Source: a virus (lineage: Duplodnaviria; Caudoviricetes). From it: a stretch of 25,803 bases of DNA. Below the pieces are notes generated by a model. It made no database searches, had not been told where the DNA came from, and saw only the letters and a program-made list of their open reading frames with translations. The translations under genes were made by a program, and so were the position numbers. Below are positions 1 to 7,957 of this stretch, piece after piece. Positions within the stretch are counted from its first letter, which is position 1. Every line of letters begins with the position of its first letter. The DNA lies in IMG/VR virus record IMGVR_UViG_3300032237_001287, positions 1 through 25,803 of that record; one strand, 5' to 3'.

Positions 1-18
1 AAGGGGGAATGCACGCAT

Positions 19-47
19 ATTATAGGCACTATCTTTCGGATTTTCAA
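19..47 (-). promoter_or_regulatory. sigma70-type promoter firing leftward out of the window
   Basis: The minus strand reads TTGAAA (47-42), a 17-nt spacer, then TATAAT (24-19). This is near-consensus with optimal spacing. Confidence 0.7.
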
Positions 48-63
48 GTGCGGTTGGGACGGG

Positions 64-78
64 TAGTGGCGTTGACTA
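64..78. repeat. palindromic TAGT-N7-ACTA site overlapping the stop of the 46-aa ORF
   Basis: Minus strand TAGTCAACGCCACTA has perfect 4-bp inverted arms around a 7-bp spacer. The TAG is the ORF stop codon. Confidence 0.65.
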
Positions 79-216
79 CGGGAACTGGCGGCGGTAATCT
101 TCAAGCCATTCCTCGCCCATCAATTCTACCAGTTTTTCGTGGGTGAGGTTGTCAATCCATTCAAGACAGGCTTTAAAGCGCTGCTTGTTTTCCTCCGGTG
201 TAATTTCTTCAGGCAT
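76..216 (-). CDS. small hypothetical protein (46 aa), not in the ORF track
   Basis: Hand translation: MPEEITPEENKQRFKACLEWIDNLTHEKLVELMGEEWLEDYRRQFP*. The ATG lies 14 nt after the fibre stop and the composition looks helical. No clear SD. Confidence 0.6.
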   Translation of the reverse strand: MPEEITPEENKQRFKACLEWIDNLTHEKLVELMGEEWLEDYRRQFP

Positions 217-218
217 GG

Positions 219-233
219 AAGTGAGTAGGACTA
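219..233. repeat. TAGT-N7-ACT(T) site overlapping the tail-fibre stop codon
   Basis: Minus strand TAGTCCTACTCACTT. It shares GTAGTC-N5-CACT with the site at 64-78. Confidence 0.6.
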
Positions 234-3101
234 CTTGCCTTCCAGCGCAGTGATTTTGGCTTCAAGAGTTTCAATGCGCTCCATTGCTTCCTGCAAAGCC
301 TTGACGGCCTTCATGTAGAGGACGGATAGATTGATGCCTTTGGTAACTTCGCCTGTTTCTTTACCGTTTTCATCGCGGTCAAGAATTTCAAAAACAAGGT
401 TGGGGCTAACTTGCTCAAGTTCCTGAGCAATCGGACTAATTTGACGGTGAGTTTCGTATCCAGTCTCCTCTTTGAAGTTCCAGTTGCGAATGCGAAACGC
501 TTTTACATCTTTCCACTGTGAACTTGCATCAACAATATTTTCTTTTAACTTTTGATCGGAAATACTGGTATAGCTACCATTCGTATTGGTGACGTTGCCA
601 TTTGTTGTCACTTGAAATGAAACAGTACCATTTAATGGAGCAGTAGCTGAATACGCGCCTCTAAATAAATAGTTTGCACTGCCAGCAGCGCTGGAGCTGC
701 TGGCAATAAAAACATCAGGGTTTGTGCTATAAACGCCGCTTTTGCCATCATTATTTATCTGCATTTTTGTCGTAGGACTAGCCGACCCGGATGGCGTAGT
801 GGAGAACACTAGGCGCGAGGGCATGGAGCCACTAGCTGGCGTCCCATCAGTTGTTGCGCGAATTGTTGCACCAGTCCTAAAGTTAGTGCCATCATTGCCG
901 GTGAAATTTATGATGCCAAGGTCAGTAGTCCCTACTAAAGCATTGGTGCCTGTTGTATTTGTTTGTGAAATACCAAAATTCAAGGTAGGTGGATAGCCAG
1001 AAAGCGAATAATTTAATATTGAGATTCCGTTACTGTAGGTATTTGTAGTGGTTTGAACTTGATAGAATGGTGTAGTGTTGTCTGCGGCTAGGTAGAAATT
1101 ACTACACGCAGTAGACGTGCCAACTAAGAGCCTGCGACTCGTATCAATTCTTGCCGCTTCAGTTGCGCCAATCCCAAACGAGATAACTCCATCTCCAGAG
1201 TTCCTCATCTGAATCTGAAGATTCTGGCCGGAGTTGCCAATGTAGCTACCGTTGGATGCTCCGTACGTTCCCCCGCTGTCAGGAATAATAAAGTAATTGC
1301 CTTGCTGCAGTAGAACGTTACCGCCACTTACATGGAGTTTTTCGCTAGGCCCAATAGTGCCAATCCCTAATCGGCCCGAAGAATCAAATCTCGCAACTTC
1401 GCTATAAGGATTAGCGCCAACACCAAAAAGAATACCAGCTTGTCCCGCTAGTCCTAGATATGTACTTGAAGTTCCGCTTGCATCAAGAACCGCAGATTGT
1501 GTTTTGAACAAACCATAATTTCCCCACGCAGTAGAAGTTAACGTAATTCCAGCGCCTTGCGTAGAATTGGACACAAGACTAAAATAAGTTGCAGCACTTC
1601 CCCCAGCGTTTGAATTTATAACTTGTGCTGTTGGCTGGCTGTCATTGTTATTTTTGGCAACAGTCAACAAATAGCCGGGGCTAGTAGTTCCTATGCCTAG
1701 TCCAGTTGGCGTAAGGCGCATCCTCTCCGTGGGAGTTGATGCAGTGCTGTAGGAAGAAACCGCGAAAGCAAGTGCTCCTCCGTTATTTCCCGCTGCATTT
1801 GGGTTTAGCCCCTGAATTGCAGCTGCTGCTTCATTCCCGCCATAGGTATTGGCCAACCAAAAATCAATTTGGGCAATGTTGGAAGCACTTGCGGCTGAAC
1901 CATTCCGAAGGCTTAAGATATTTGCAGTAGTAGAAGAGCCAAACACGCCATTCAGATGTAATAACGTCTGCGGGCTAGTAGTCCCCAAGCCTAATCGCCC
2001 ACTGGAATCCAACGTCATCGCCGGAGTGAAGCTGATGGTATTGCCTGCGGTGCCGGAGGGGGCGTTGTACCAAACGTGCGCACCGGCAATTTGATTATAG
2101 TAAGAAGCTGCGGCAGTAGATTTGTATTTATATGTTGTGTTGTAGTAAGCATTTCCAATTATTCCAACTTGATTGGTAAATCCAAAAACACCACCATAAG
2201 AGGAAATATCTAAGCCGACAAGTCCACTCCAAACACTCGGCGTAACCCCAATCCCAACGTTGCCGCTGCTGTCCAGGCGCATTTTTTCATTATTATTGGT
2301 GCCAAGTATTAAGTCTCCATTAGATTTGTTAAAAAAATAAGTGGTTGTATTTATTTGCCCCCAAAACGAAGAGCCTGTTGTGCCAACAGAATCATCTAAG
2401 ACAATGGTTGGGAGACTAGTGCTAATTGCAAGACCGGTAGAACTTGAAGAAAGGCTGGCTTGAAGAATTGCGGTTGGGTTACTTGTAGCAACACCAAGAT
2501 TCCCGCTCGCATCCACATACAACCGCCCAGCCCCACTAGTACTGATGGCTAGTTGGTCTGTGCCTGGAGAGTAGATTCCAGGTGCATAAGTAGTTCCGGT
2601 ACCAACAGCAACCGCAGGTGCCGTAGCCGAACCAGTTGACACTACGGAAAGATTACCGTTTGAATCAATTGTGGATCGAAGAATTCCTGCAGTAGCAAAA
2701 CCTAACGTAGAAATACCAGCTAAGTAAAGTCCTGTTGTTTTTGTTGTATTAAACGTAATGCTAGGTGTTGCGGCTGTACCGTCTGGGTAACTGACGCCAA
2801 CATTGACATAATCTGCGCCAGCAAGAACAACACCCCAGAAAGCCTCTCCAGTTTTAGGCGCGGAACTAAAAACAATGTTGGTACCGGAAAATTTAAAACC
2901 TTCTGCACCCGTTGGATCAGGTTTCTGCGGTACACCGCCAACAGAGATCAGAACGTTCTGCTCATTAAGGGGGAAGGGTACAGGAGCAACTCCGTTAACT
3001 TTAAGGGCAAATGATGTCGTTGTACCATTAAAACTTGCGCTTAAGCTATCGATCAAAAGATAAGATGAATAAGCAGCTTGCAGAGTATTCCCCAGGTACA
3101 T
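231..3101 (-). CDS. long modular tail fibre / receptor-binding protein with C-terminal intramolecular chaperone (peptidase S74-like)
   Basis: 956 aa, G/S/T/A-rich, with repeated (R/T)xDSSG(N/R)(L/V)G(I/L)G junction motifs. The C-terminus has SDQKLKENI (Ser codon at 558-560; S-D-x-x-L-K autocleavage signature) and a coiled coil (KALQEAMERIETLEAKITALEGK). Confidence 0.9.
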   Translation of the reverse strand: MYLGNTLQAAYSSYLLIDSLSASFNGTTTSFALKVNGVAPVPFPLNEQNVLISVGGVPQKPDPTGAEGFKFSGTNIVFSSAPKTGEAFWGVVLAGADYVNVGVSYPDGTAATPSITFNTTKTTGLYLAGISTLGFATAGILRSTIDSNGNLSVVSTGSATAPAVAVGTGTTYAPGIYSPGTDQLAISTSGAGRLYVDASGNLGVATSNPTAILQASLSSSSTGLAISTSLPTIVLDDSVGTTGSSFWGQINTTTYFFNKSNGDLILGTNNNEKMRLDSSGNVGIGVTPSVWSGLVGLDISSYGGVFGFTNQVGIIGNAYYNTTYKYKSTAAASYYNQIAGAHVWYNAPSGTAGNTISFTPAMTLDSSGRLGLGTTSPQTLLHLNGVFGSSTTANILSLRNGSAASASNIAQIDFWLANTYGGNEAAAAIQGLNPNAAGNNGGALAFAVSSYSTASTPTERMRLTPTGLGIGTTSPGYLLTVAKNNNDSQPTAQVINSNAGGSAATYFSLVSNSTQGAGITLTSTAWGNYGLFKTQSAVLDASGTSSTYLGLAGQAGILFGVGANPYSEVARFDSSGRLGIGTIGPSEKLHVSGGNVLLQQGNYFIIPDSGGTYGASNGSYIGNSGQNLQIQMRNSGDGVISFGIGATEAARIDTSRRLLVGTSTACSNFYLAADNTTPFYQVQTTTNTYSNGISILNYSLSGYPPTLNFGISQTNTTGTNALVGTTDLGIINFTGNDGTNFRTGATIRATTDGTPASGSMPSRLVFSTTPSGSASPTTKMQINNDGKSGVYSTNPDVFIASSSSAAGSANYLFRGAYSATAPLNGTVSFQVTTNGNVTNTNGSYTSISDQKLKENIVDASSQWKDVKAFRIRNWNFKEETGYETHRQISPIAQELEQVSPNLVFEILDRDENGKETGEVTKGINLSVLYMKAVKALQEAMERIETLEAKITALEGK
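797..2722. repeat. dispersed in-phase TAG-N9-CTA palindromic sites inside the fibre gene
   Basis: Exact matches at 797-811, 1112-1126, 1355-1369, 1685-1699, 1979-1993, 2537-2551 and 2708-2722. The spacings 315, 243, 330, 294, 558 and 171 are all multiples of 3. Confidence 0.7.
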
Positions 3102-3105
3102 GGTT

Positions 3106-3726
3106 TTACTTCACCTCAGTAGTATCAATTGTAGCTGTAGCAGGCTCCGCAGCGACCGTAAACTCAACAGGGGAGGGCACGGATTTTGAAACCGCAAAAG
3201 AAGCCGTTTCAAGGGCAAGATCTGACTCGGGATCTAAAACTTGTACAGGCTCTGTGACCGTTGCAGTAGCCGGCGCGGAAGGTGGGGCCACTTCTTCAAC
3301 TGTCACAGCCTCTGCTTCATGTTCAGCCACTACATTGGCCGGAGTTTCCACTGGTTCAGGAGCCTCTTCTTTTGGCTTAGTATTAGGACCCGCCGTAGAG
3401 GGTTTTTCCGGCCAAATAATACCAATCGGGTCACAATCAGCAAAGGTTTGTGGGATATCCCTTAAGACCTGGCGATAAACGGCCCATGCATGTTGATCTA
3501 CCGTGCAACCGGGAATCATTGTCCAATCAGACGCTGCTAATTCCTTGTCACGTCTTTCAATTGCCTGCTCCCACGTATATGGCCTTACGCCAGGATTTGG
3601 TTTTGGCTCGTTACCCTCTTCCACCCATTGCAAATAAATGGTGTAATCAGAATTTGTTTCATCTGCTGGAATTAATGCATTATCTTCTAGGCGCAGGATG
3701 CTGCTTGAATCTGTTAGCTGGTACAT
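3106..3726 (-). CDS. tail fibre assembly chaperone-like protein with acidic low-complexity tail
   Basis: Contains RDKELAASDWT...WAVYRQVLRDIPQ...WPEKP (phage tail assembly chaperone pattern), an N-terminal IPADETNSDYTIYLQWVEEGNEP module, and an E/P/A/T-rich C-terminus. TAATG coupling to the upstream gene at 3724-3728. Confidence 0.75.
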   Translation of the reverse strand: MYQLTDSSSILRLEDNALIPADETNSDYTIYLQWVEEGNEPKPNPGVRPYTWEQAIERRDKELAASDWTMIPGCTVDQHAWAVYRQVLRDIPQTFADCDPIGIIWPEKPSTAGPNTKPKEEAPEPVETPANVVAEHEAEAVTVEEVAPPSAPATATVTEPVQVLDPESDLALETASFAVSKSVPSPVEFTVAAEPATATIDTTEVK

Positions 3727-4604
3727 TATGAAACCTCCGCAGAGTAAGTAATGCTTGCTGTTGCCTTAGACGTTTGAGATTCAACAAGGACTTCACCGTT
3801 GCCACTATAGCTATATCCTGCACCACCGCCAGCTGCCGTTGGCGTTGTTCTCATTGTGACAATATGGTATTTGGCTTGATTTAACAGCGACGTATCCACA
3901 ATCCAAGCAGCGCTTGTCTTTTGGTAATAGCGCTGACACAATCCAAGCTCTTGTTGATAGCTACGCTGTTCAAAAGTGCTGCTTACTAATCCGGCTTCAA
4001 GTTGTACGTTACCAATTGTCCATGTCCCACTGGTTTGTGAGCCAACAGTGAATACAATTTCAACTCCAGTTGTAGCAGCTGCGGGAATTGCAATATTTGC
4101 TGAATACCGTGTCACCGTACTTGAAACCGTAAACGTACCTGTAGCAATTTGCGTCCTAGTTGCTGTACCAACGGTGCCAAAAGTATCAGTTGACGTAGCG
4201 TAATATGCGGTCCAGGTTACTGTTGTTAATAGAGAATTGGCCAGGTCAACGCTGAGAGTAGCGTTGCTACCAGCAAGATCATAAGAATTGAGTGCTTCGA
4301 TACGTTGGCCAATGCCAACAGCTGTAACAGAAGCCGCACCTGTGATCTGCAAACGGTTTCTAACCGCACCAGAACCAGAAACTTGTGCTGCCGTAACGTT
4401 TGCACCAGTGGAGTAGACATACCAACGATCAACGGTGGGATAGCCGGTACTGGCAGTTGGAACCGCCGTACCAGCAGTTACCGTAGCTGATGTACCGCGT
4501 TGTGCAATCTGCATTGCACCGTTGATCAGGCGATTACGAAAAGGGCCAACAACACTGAATACGTTGGAGTTAAGTTGGTTGGCATCAACTTGAGTAAGTG
4601 CCAT
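3726..4604 (-). CDS. tail fibre/spike protein with putative carbohydrate-binding jelly-roll domain
   Basis: FRNRLINGAMQIAQRG...DRW...QRIEA...VQLEAG...FEQRSYQQELGLCQRYY is a pattern typical of phage tail-associated proteins. Confidence 0.7.
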   Translation of the reverse strand: MALTQVDANQLNSNVFSVVGPFRNRLINGAMQIAQRGTSATVTAGTAVPTASTGYPTVDRWYVYSTGANVTAAQVSGSGAVRNRLQITGAASVTAVGIGQRIEALNSYDLAGSNATLSVDLANSLLTTVTWTAYYATSTDTFGTVGTATRTQIATGTFTVSSTVTRYSANIAIPAAATTGVEIVFTVGSQTSGTWTIGNVQLEAGLVSSTFEQRSYQQELGLCQRYYQKTSAAWIVDTSLLNQAKYHIVTMRTTPTAAGGGAGYSYSGNGEVLVESQTSKATASITYSAEVS

Positions 4605-4963
4605 TATGTCTGCTGCAGATAACTAATGGTTACATCCAATGCCGAGGCAGTATCAGAGCTGGCTCGAAGGATATCGTTTGCCGTCATGATAATTTTACTG
4701 CCTGAGATCATTTCAAGAGATGAACCGGCAGGTACGGGGGCATTCTTCAACAGATAAACACCAGTTCCCCCACTTGGTAGCAAGTACACATTACTGTTAG
4801 CGCTGCTTCCGGTTTTATTAGATACCAGGATGCTCAAAATGATCAATGTTGCTGAGCCGCCAGCCGTAACAATATCAAAAGTTGTCGCAGTATTGGATTC
4901 GTTTGTGCCTGTGGTGGATTGCACCAAGCTGGACTTTGTACTTCTTGTGAATGTATTTGCCAT
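4604..4963 (-). CDS. small beta-rich tail structural/adaptor protein
   Basis: 119 aa, MANTF...LLKNAPVPAGSSLEMISGSKII...LDVTISYLQ. This type is commonly seen in cyanophage tail modules. Coupled by TAATG to the next gene. Confidence 0.65.
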   Translation of the reverse strand: MANTFTRSTKSSLVQSTTGTNESNTATTFDIVTAGGSATLIILSILVSNKTGSSANSNVYLLPSGGTGVYLLKNAPVPAGSSLEMISGSKIIMTANDILRASSDTASALDVTISYLQQT

Positions 4964-4964
4964 G

Positions 4965-5369
4965 TCAGCCTAGAGCAACGATGAGGGCGAGGTTGTCAGA
5001 GGAAGTAAACGTCCCCCCAATTGAAACATTACCTGTAATAGCAACATTTCCGGGGATGGTGATAGCACCAGATGAATCTATTGTAAGCCCTGCCACACCA
5101 TTGGTTACCAGTGCAACGGAACCTAACACGGGACTATAGATGCCGGTGCTGGCACTATTAGCAAATTTAATAGCACAGCTGGACAGCGAACCGGGCGATA
5201 GACTGATGTTTGTGCAATCTTCACGCAAAAGCGGATAGCCACCCGCCTTGACGCCATTGTTGACGACAACCGTATTCTTCGTGATATCTACAACAACTTC
5301 ACCAACAGCTCCAGTGAAGCCGCTGATATCGGTCGTCGTGCCTCTACGAAATTGTACTTGTGTTGACAT
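4965..5369 (-). CDS. short tail-fibre protein with Mtd/hyaluronidase-type N-terminal domain
   Basis: Starts QVQFRRGTT...FTGAVGEVVVDITKNTVVVNNGVKAGGYPL and ends LALIVALG. Confidence 0.7.
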   Translation of the reverse strand: MSTQVQFRRGTTTDISGFTGAVGEVVVDITKNTVVVNNGVKAGGYPLLREDCTNISLSPGSLSSCAIKFANSASTGIYSPVLGSVALVTNGVAGLTIDSSGAITIPGNVAITGNVSIGGTFTSSDNLALIVALG

Positions 5370-5373
5370 AATA

Positions 5374-7356
5374 CTATCCTAACGCAATTGCAATCGCAGT
5401 AGCAAAATCCTGCGAAGCAAAAGTTCCTGTCTCATCTGGAATTGTCATCGTACGGTTTGCTGTCAAAGTAGTAGGGGTAAAGGTAACGGCGTAACTACTG
5501 GATCCTCCTGCCCGGCCATTGAGAATAATGCCATCTTGCGTTGAGGTCTGCCTAAAAGTTTGCCCAGTGGTATTTGTAAAGGTATTGGCGCCAGTAAAAG
5601 CGTTATTACTCCCTAGGTAAGCAATGGTGCCCCCTGCCCCAAAGGCGATGGTGGATCCATCTGTACCGGTAAATGTCAGCGTATTGGATGCTGTCAGGGT
5701 TTTACCATCAGCAACAGCCAGGGTGGATCCCGTGGCGGGAGCTGTGATGGCTAATTTATTGATGCTCGTAGCAGATGCAACACCCAAGGTAGGGGTAACC
5801 AGCGTTGGTGATGTTGCAAGCACAACCGCGCCGGATCCTGTTACAACCGTAATTCCTGTACCATTGATTTTTAGAACGTTACCGGTAGCCGCCGTATCAA
5901 AGGTCTTATTTGTTAAGACATCCGTTGTTGCCTTACCAATTAGCGTATCAGTAGCGGCAGGTAACGTAAGGGCACCAGAGGCGGTGGCAGAAGCCAGTAG
6001 GGAAGTTGTTCCAGAAGTTGAACCACTGAAATTTGCTCCCGCGCTACCAATTGTTGGTGTAACCAAGGACGGTGACGTAGCAAAAACAAGGGAACCCGTT
6101 CCTGTTTCGTCGCTGATTACGCCAGCCAGTTGAGAAGATGTTGTAGAAGAGAAGAAGGAAAGGTTATTGGTGCTTAAAGCGATCGTCCCAGAAGCATCTT
6201 GAAGAGTGGCTGTACGGGTTGCGGTTGGGTTTGTGACGACAAGTTTTGTTGAATTGACGCTAGATACGGTACCTTGAAATATCAAGGCGCTTGCGGTACC
6301 ATCTAGATATAAAGAATTGGCGGCACCGAGGGTTCCACCGTAGAGCGTCGTTGCCGTAAGGGATGTTAAACCAGCTACCGTACTTGTATTGCCGCCAAGG
6401 GCAATAGAAGTGCTACCGATCTGGATGTTGGAATTAGCAAGCTGGCTATTTGGTATTGCGCTGGTACCAAATGTCCCTGTACTGGAGTTATACGTTAAAC
6501 CGGAGCCTACAGCGACGCCGAGACTTCCACGAATATTGGCATCAGTAACAACAGCAAAATCGTAATTGCCAGTCGAGCTGCTATAAGTGAGCGTGCCATA
6601 TCCGGTACCGGTTGTAGAAGCGGAAAGAACCCCTCGGATATTGGCCGAAGTGACTACATTGTAAGTGATCGTCCCGGTACTGCTGTTGTAGCTAAGGCTG
6701 CCAAAACCTGTACCGCTATTGGCAACCGAAATTGAATTCAACAGCGCCAGGGTACCGCTGGCATCTGGCAACAGGATTGATCTTGTACCCGTAGGATCTA
6801 TGACGTTAAGTGTTGTTTTGTTTGCATCAGCAGTTGCACCTTCAAAAATGATGCCGGTGCTTCCTAGGGTGATGCTGCTAGCTGCTCCCGCTGCACCTGA
6901 AATGATGTTGGTGCTTCCTGTTACCGTCGTAGCGGTAAGACTTGTGAGACCAGAAATGGTACTAGAAGAACCACCAAGCGCAACCGTGGTACTACCAAAT
7001 GTTACTGAGCTGTTTGCTAACTGGCTGTTTGGGATGGAGCTGGTACCAAATTGACCTGTGCTCGTGCTGTATGTAAGACCAGATCCCGAGGCTACGCTAA
7101 GGCTTCCACGAATGTTTGCATCGGTAACAACCGTATAGGTAAATAAACCGGTTAACGTGTTATAAGCCAGTGAACCATAACCTGTGCCACTATTACTTAC
7201 TGAAAGCGCCCCAAATACACGCGCATTGGTGTAATAAAGATTGCTACCCTCAAGCAGATCTGATGTAGTATTACCGGCAAAATCTAACTTGTCGGTTGGC
7301 GTATTGACTTCTTGGAATAAACCGTTGACTAAAGCTAAGGGTTTTCTGGTTGCCAT
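5374..7356 (-). CDS. tail fibre protein (660 aa) with internal duplications
   Basis: S/T/G-rich, with TSDLLEGSNLYYTNARV, repeated GxLxYxxxTGxxxYxVVTDANIRG units, PTxTRxxxLxDASGT and LATSPTLVTPTLG motifs. Ends AIAIALG. Confidence 0.8.
   Translation of the reverse strand: MATRKPLALVNGLFQEVNTPTDKLDFAGNTTSDLLEGSNLYYTNARVFGALSVSNSGTGYGSLAYNTLTGLFTYTVVTDANIRGSLSVASGSGLTYSTSTGQFGTSSIPNSQLANSSVTFGSTTVALGGSSSTISGLTSLTATTVTGSTNIISGAAGAASSITLGSTGIIFEGATADANKTTLNVIDPTGTRSILLPDASGTLALLNSISVANSGTGFGSLSYNSSTGTITYNVVTSANIRGVLSASTTGTGYGTLTYSSSTGNYDFAVVTDANIRGSLGVAVGSGLTYNSSTGTFGTSAIPNSQLANSNIQIGSTSIALGGNTSTVAGLTSLTATTLYGGTLGAANSLYLDGTASALIFQGTVSSVNSTKLVVTNPTATRTATLQDASGTIALSTNNLSFFSSTTSSQLAGVISDETGTGSLVFATSPSLVTPTIGSAGANFSGSTSGTTSLLASATASGALTLPAATDTLIGKATTDVLTNKTFDTAATGNVLKINGTGITVVTGSGAVVLATSPTLVTPTLGVASATSINKLAITAPATGSTLAVADGKTLTASNTLTFTGTDGSTIAFGAGGTIAYLGSNNAFTGANTFTNTTGQTFRQTSTQDGIILNGRAGGSSSYAVTFTPTTLTANRTMTIPDETGTFASQDFATAIAIALG
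6350..7205 (-). repeat. diverged tandem duplication within the fibre gene (approximate limits)
   Basis: The block VVTDANIRGSL..GSGLTY..STG.FGTS.IPNSQLANS....GST..ALGG..ST..GLTSLTATT occurs twice, and the GTG(Y/F)G(S/T)LxY unit occurs three times. Confidence 0.8.
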
Positions 7357-7358
7357 AT

Positions 7359-7886
7359 CTAGCTCAGCTTTATTGGAGGATTAAGTTGGATGGAAAACTG
7401 AGTTGCCGTCACAGCTTGTCCAACATTGGTGACATACTTTCCGGCCCCACTTGGTGGCGTCGTTGTGATTAACCCAGCAGTACCCGCAGATAGATAATAA
7501 TCGTTGCCTACACTCAATCCAGATGTTCCAAGGATACCTGCAACCAAAATTTGTATTAGATTTCCTACTGTCTGTGTTTCATTGGCAAATCCAGCGACAT
7601 GAGCCTGGGCTTCCGTACCGTTTGCAATTGCTAAATACGCAAGTCCTGTTGAATGATTTAAATAAACAGCTTGTCCTTGTGATATTGTTTCACCAGCAAG
7701 AACCTTAAACCCTACATCCGGGGCCACATAAGCGGGGAACCCTTCTTTAAGGTCGATGATGGCATCAACAAGACCTCTATAATTGGGCGCGTAGGGTTCC
7801 CGAGTCATTGCAAAGCCATTACCGGACATCAAGTCCACGAGTGCTTCAATCGCACCTACTATATTGGGATCGTAGGTAGCGGTCAC
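7359..7886 (-). CDS. virion structural protein, capsid-cement/DUF2190-like beta fold
   Basis: AGETISQGQAVYL...VAGFA...GLSVGNDYYLS..AGLITTTPP...VGQAVTAT, plus a duplicated N-terminal Y(D/A)PN..G...A..DL motif. GTG start. Confidence 0.6.
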   Translation of the reverse strand: MTATYDPNIVGAIEALVDLMSGNGFAMTREPYAPNYRGLVDAIIDLKEGFPAYVAPDVGFKVLAGETISQGQAVYLNHSTGLAYLAIANGTEAQAHVAGFANETQTVGNLIQILVAGILGTSGLSVGNDYYLSAGTAGLITTTPPSGAGKYVTNVGQAVTATQFSIQLNPPIKLS

Positions 7887-7906
7887 ACCTGTACTTATTC
7901 TTGCTT

Positions 7907-7935
7907 TATTCTAAGTTGTTGAACCCATTAGAATA
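7907..7935. promoter_or_regulatory. back-to-back -10 boxes forming an 8-bp inverted repeat
   Basis: TATTCTAA (7907-7914), 13 nt, TTAGAATA (7928-7935). This gives TAGAAT on each strand, facing the two divergent genes. Confidence 0.55.
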
Positions 7936-7957
7936 GGGGAAGCATATTAAGTTGAAC

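Noticed and set aside
8-32. dif/XerCD site near the left edge
   Set aside because: There is only a partial resemblance (ATATTAT) and no XerD arm TTATGTTAAAT. It is better explained as the -10 box.
2242-2500. Additional recombination-type sites at the GNVGIGVT and GNLGVATS junctions
   Set aside because: The DNA reads TTG-N9-TTA and TTG-N9-CAA, two mismatches from the motif, so they were not counted. They show that the peptide junction can occur without the DNA motif.
4965-5369. Diversity-generating retroelement suggested by the Mtd-like N-terminal domain
   Set aside because: There is no reverse transcriptase, no template/variable repeat pair differing at adenines, and no C-type lectin C-terminus in the window. 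This domain is a generic fibre anchor.
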